This document shows positions 16,541 through 17,617 of a stretch of 17,617 nucleotides of DNA, piece by piece. The notes under the pieces are model-generated. The model was not told the origin of the DNA. It searched no databases and was given only the letters and a program-made list of their open reading frames with translations. The position numbers and the translations under genes were made by a program. Each line of letters begins with the position of its first letter. Positions within the stretch are counted from its first letter, which is position 1. Source of the DNA: an uncultured bacterium (GTDB lineage: Bacteria > Abyssobacteria > SURF-5); NCBI GenBank assembly GCA_964607485.1, contig CAZSKP010000062.1, positions 1 through 17,617 of the forward strand, read 5' to 3'.

Positions 16541-16744
16541 TCGCGATCCCAGACTACTAATTACACAGATTACAATAATTCTTAGAATTCTGCTCTGCGC
16601 TCTTTGCCGTTTGCCGCAACAAGATCCCCGAGATTCCTGTGGTCCTATTCATGAGACATGTATGATGTTCAAATCTCTCTGAGAAATCTGCCAGCCAGCC
16701 TCGCCGTTTAGGCGGGTGCGCTCGGTGGCTTCATCAATGGAATG

Positions 16745-16773
16745 TTGGATATTTCGGACGTTCGGGGTAGAAT
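16745..16773 (+). promoter_or_regulatory. Possible promoter for GxxExxY gene and mnmG
   Basis: TTGGAT-N17-TAGAAT. Confidence 0.4.
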
Positions 16774-16809
16774 AATGTAGAGGGAACGCGTGGAAGACCT
16801 AGTTCTTAC

Positions 16810-16842
16810 GAGGAACCGCTAATGAACGCGAATATGCGCGAA
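16810..16842 (+). repeat. Left direct repeat of the GxxExxY cassette
   Basis: GAGGAACCGCTAATGAACGC (16810-16829) is identical to 17222-17241; it contains the GAGG SD and the ATG. Confidence 0.85.
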
Positions 16843-17244
16843 GGTAACGAAGAATTGATCTTTAAGGATGAAGTGTATCGCATCGTCGGCGCGGCCATAG
16901 AGGTTTCCAACAATCTGGGATGTGGCTTTCTCGAGGCGGTTTACCAGGAAGCCTTGGGAATGGAATTTCATGATAGCGGCATCCCTTTTGAAGCGCAAAA
17001 GGCAATCACCATTAGCTACAAGAACAGAATACTGGACAAGAAGTATATTGCCGATTTCATCTGCTTCGGAAAAATAATAGTCGAGATCAAGGCGATCAGG
17101 AGCATTACGGAAACCGAAAAGGCTCAGTTGATTAATTATCTTAGGGCGACAAAGCTGCCCCTGGGCCTTATCATAAACTTCGGCGGGAAGAAAATGGAGT
17201 GGAAGCGATACGCCAACACAAGAGGAACCGCTAATGAACGCTAA
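16822..17244 (+). CDS. GxxExxY family protein (PD-(D/E)XK-like nuclease)
   Basis: IVGAAIEV...[14 protein letters not shown] (GxxExxY), ADFIC...IIVEIKA (D...ExK), [14 protein letters not shown]. Confidence 0.92.
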   Translation: MNANMREGNEELIFKDEVYRIVGAAIEVSNNLGCGFLEAVYQEALGMEFHDSGIPFEAQKAITISYKNRILDKKYIADFICFGKIIVEIKAIRSITETEKAQLINYLRATKLPLGLIINFGGKKMEWKRYANTRGTANER

Positions 17245-17325
17245 TGCACGCGAATGTAAATGGACCGCAAGCGGCATGCGAACAGAAGGTGCCGCATTCG
17301 CGTGCCTTCGCGTCCATTCGCGGTT
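17222..17325. repeat. Right direct repeat plus inverted copy (100-bp hairpin)
   Basis: AACCGCTAATGAACGCTAATGCACGCGAATG (17226-17256) pairs with CATTCGCGTGCCTTCGCGTCCATTCGCGGTT (17295-17325), 27 of 31 positions. Confidence 0.85.
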
Positions 17326-17342
17326 GTAAAGTGTCTTCTGAT

Positions 17343-17617
17343 ATGTACATCTATCCCAAGAAATATGACGTAATTGTTGTCGGGGCGGGGCATGCCGGGT
17401 GCGAGGCGGCGCTGGCGGCTGCGAAGATGGGCTGCGATACGCTTCTTCTAACCATATCGCTCGACACCATCGCGCAGATGTCGTGCAATCCCGCCATCGG
17501 CGGCCTGGCGAAGGGGCACCTCGCCCGCGAGATCGACGCGCTCGGCGGCGTGATGGGCAAGGTGACCGACGCGACCGGCATCCAGTTCCGCATGCTCAAT
17601 CGCGGCAAGGGCCCGGC
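17343..17617 (+). CDS. mnmG: tRNA uridine-5-carboxymethylaminomethyl(34) synthesis enzyme MnmG (GidA), 5' part, truncated by window end
   Basis: Translates to [30 protein letters not shown]...[24 protein letters not shown]...[13 protein letters not shown]. Confidence 0.97.
   Translation, partial: MYIYPKKYDVIVVGAGHAGCEAALAAAKMGCDTLLLTISLDTIAQMSCNPAIGGLAKGHLAREIDALGGVMGKVTDATGIQFRMLNRGKGP

Noticed and set aside
16620-16745. Possible gene remnant between HEPN and GxxExxY
   Set aside because: The frames I translated gave only short stretches with no recognisable motif, start or RBS.

Overview
GC-rich bacterial chromosome segment containing the conserved rpmH-rnpA-yidD-yidC-jag-mnmE...mnmG block. 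Here rpmH is divergent from mgtE rather than from dnaA. Left arm (minus strand): mgtE with a ~290-nt leader carrying a Pro-rich uORF and an anti-SD hairpin, an unclassified glycyl radical enzyme followed by an FMN-binding split-barrel protein and acpS (no activating enzyme in the window), and a small secreted hypothetical protein. Between mnmE and mnmG is a ~5.9-kb accessory block with no integrase: a low-GC SIR2-STAND-TPR (Avs5-like) defence gene, a PLP aminotransferase, an MNT-HEPN toxin-antitoxin pair, and a GxxExxY PD-(D/E)XK nuclease. The nuclease gene is bracketed by an exact 20-bp direct repeat plus an inverted copy. Most of the larger intergenic spaces hold small palindromic or tandem repeats of several families. 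All family calls come from motif recognition by eye; no database searches were run.
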